Assembly: GCA_963738245.1 (NCBI GenBank)
Contig: CAVTWB010000010.1
Span: forward strand, 161,603-225,602
DNA length: 64,000 nucleotides
Direction: 5' to 3'
Origin: an uncultured Verrucomicrobiae bacterium
Lineage (GTDB): Bacteria; Verrucomicrobiota; Verrucomicrobiia; Limisphaerales; UBA11358
A program made the translations under genes and the position numbers. Positions 63,398-64,000 of this stretch are shown one piece after another; position 1 is the stretch's first letter, and every line of letters starts with the position of its first letter. Below the pieces are notes generated by a model. That model saw only the letters and a program-made list of their open reading frames with translations. It had not been told where the DNA came from and ran no database searches.

Positions 63398-64000
63398 ATG
63401 AAACTGCATCTAACTTGCTCAACGTTTATATTTGGGTTTGTGTCATTTATAAACTGCGCAATCGCCGACACCATCTCGTTTGATACCACCACAGCTACAG
63501 GCTGGACTGCAACTGCCGGCGGGGCAATGAACGCCAATCCATTTGTTGTCTATGCTCAAGAGACAATCGGGTCGGGAGGAAATCAATATCATGACTTTTT
63601 GAGCGTCACGAGCACCGGCGACAATAGCGGAACATTTTTGCAAGGTGGGAGCATTGGGAATTTTACTGGCTTCTGGATAGCAGACTACTCCTTTGTTTTA
63701 CCACAAAATGCAACAGGTGTTAATTTCAGCTACGATAATTTTTTTGCGGATGACCGCGCTGTTCTTTACGTGAATGGGCAAGCCATCACCGCAACCGGCA
63801 TTTACGCCGATCAGGGTGGCGGGGAAATGGTTTTAACCGACGGCGGCAATCCACAGTCATATTCATTTACCAGTGCAATTTCTGGAACAACAAGCAGCGG
63901 TTTTAACATCGGTGGAGAAAACACCATTGAGGTCATTGTCAATAATACCGGGCAGGGCATTTATGGCTCCAACAAGAATGTCTCGCAGGGAGATAATACT
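63398..64000 (+). CDS. secreted hypothetical protein (partial, runs off the window)
   Basis: I translated it by hand: MKLHLTCSTFIFGFVSFINCAIADTISFDTTTATGWTATAGG...NFFADDRAVLYVNGQAI...IEVIVNNTGQGIYG. There is no stop up to 64000, it is lower in GC, and it is not in the supplied track (which seems to omit ORFs lacking an in-window stop). Confidence 0.6.
   Translation, partial: MKLHLTCSTFIFGFVSFINCAIADTISFDTTTATGWTATAGGAMNANPFVVYAQETIGSGGNQYHDFLSVTSTGDNSGTFLQGGSIGNFTGFWIADYSFVLPQNATGVNFSYDNFFADDRAVLYVNGQAITATGIYADQGGGEMVLTDGGNPQSYSFTSAISGTTSSGFNIGGENTIEVIVNNTGQGIYGSNKNVSQGDNT

Overview
High-GC bacterial chromosomal window (about 60% GC by eye, not computed). Gene content and a few protein families hint at a PVC/Verrucomicrobia-like organism, which is a low-confidence inference. 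Most of it is housekeeping and envelope genes. From left to right: rimO; a long co-directional minus-strand block (ABC transporter parts, a His-rich P1B-type metal ATPase, three tandem SPFH/band-7 genes, membrane proteins); purL, then a low-GC islet, then purQ-purS; zwf, accA, manA, yqgE, tkt, tRNA-Arg(CCG) and hemL. Next come nested IS remnants; a CsgG/COG3014/YcfL/LpoB lipoprotein cluster plus glycine-zipper lipoproteins; hisF; opgG-X-opgH; an ABC-2/HlyD/TolC efflux locus carrying an embedded low-GC ORF; purH; a Wza/Wzc/OM-barrel/FHA polysaccharide export block; and polX. The right end holds thiD, a degraded S8 peptidase, queE, a class-III aminotransferase, rsmA, a DUF433/DUF5615 toxin-antitoxin cassette, nudix, clpP and two uncharacterised genes. 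I saw no rRNA and no CRISPR array. Four things stand out. (1) A family of 33-nt elements built from four degenerate heptamer words sits in-frame inside conserved enzymes, and similar four-word arms occur as inverted pairs filling intergenic spacers. (2) Two related tandem arrays with a period of about 21 bp (a GC-rich dyad core followed by a T-tract, roughly 14-16 units each) lie where housekeeping genes meet accessory DNA. (3) A TA cassette is bracketed by a 65-bp duplication of the nudix 5' end. (4) A His-rich SPFH protein is coupled to a His-rich P1B ATPase. Many conserved genes (purL, hisF, thiD, aminotransferase, rsmA, S8 peptidase and others) are frame-broken as assembled, mostly by an apparent single extra base. 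This may be consensus error rather than biology and must be checked against reads. The long GC-rich antisense ORFs in the supplied track were treated as shadow ORFs.
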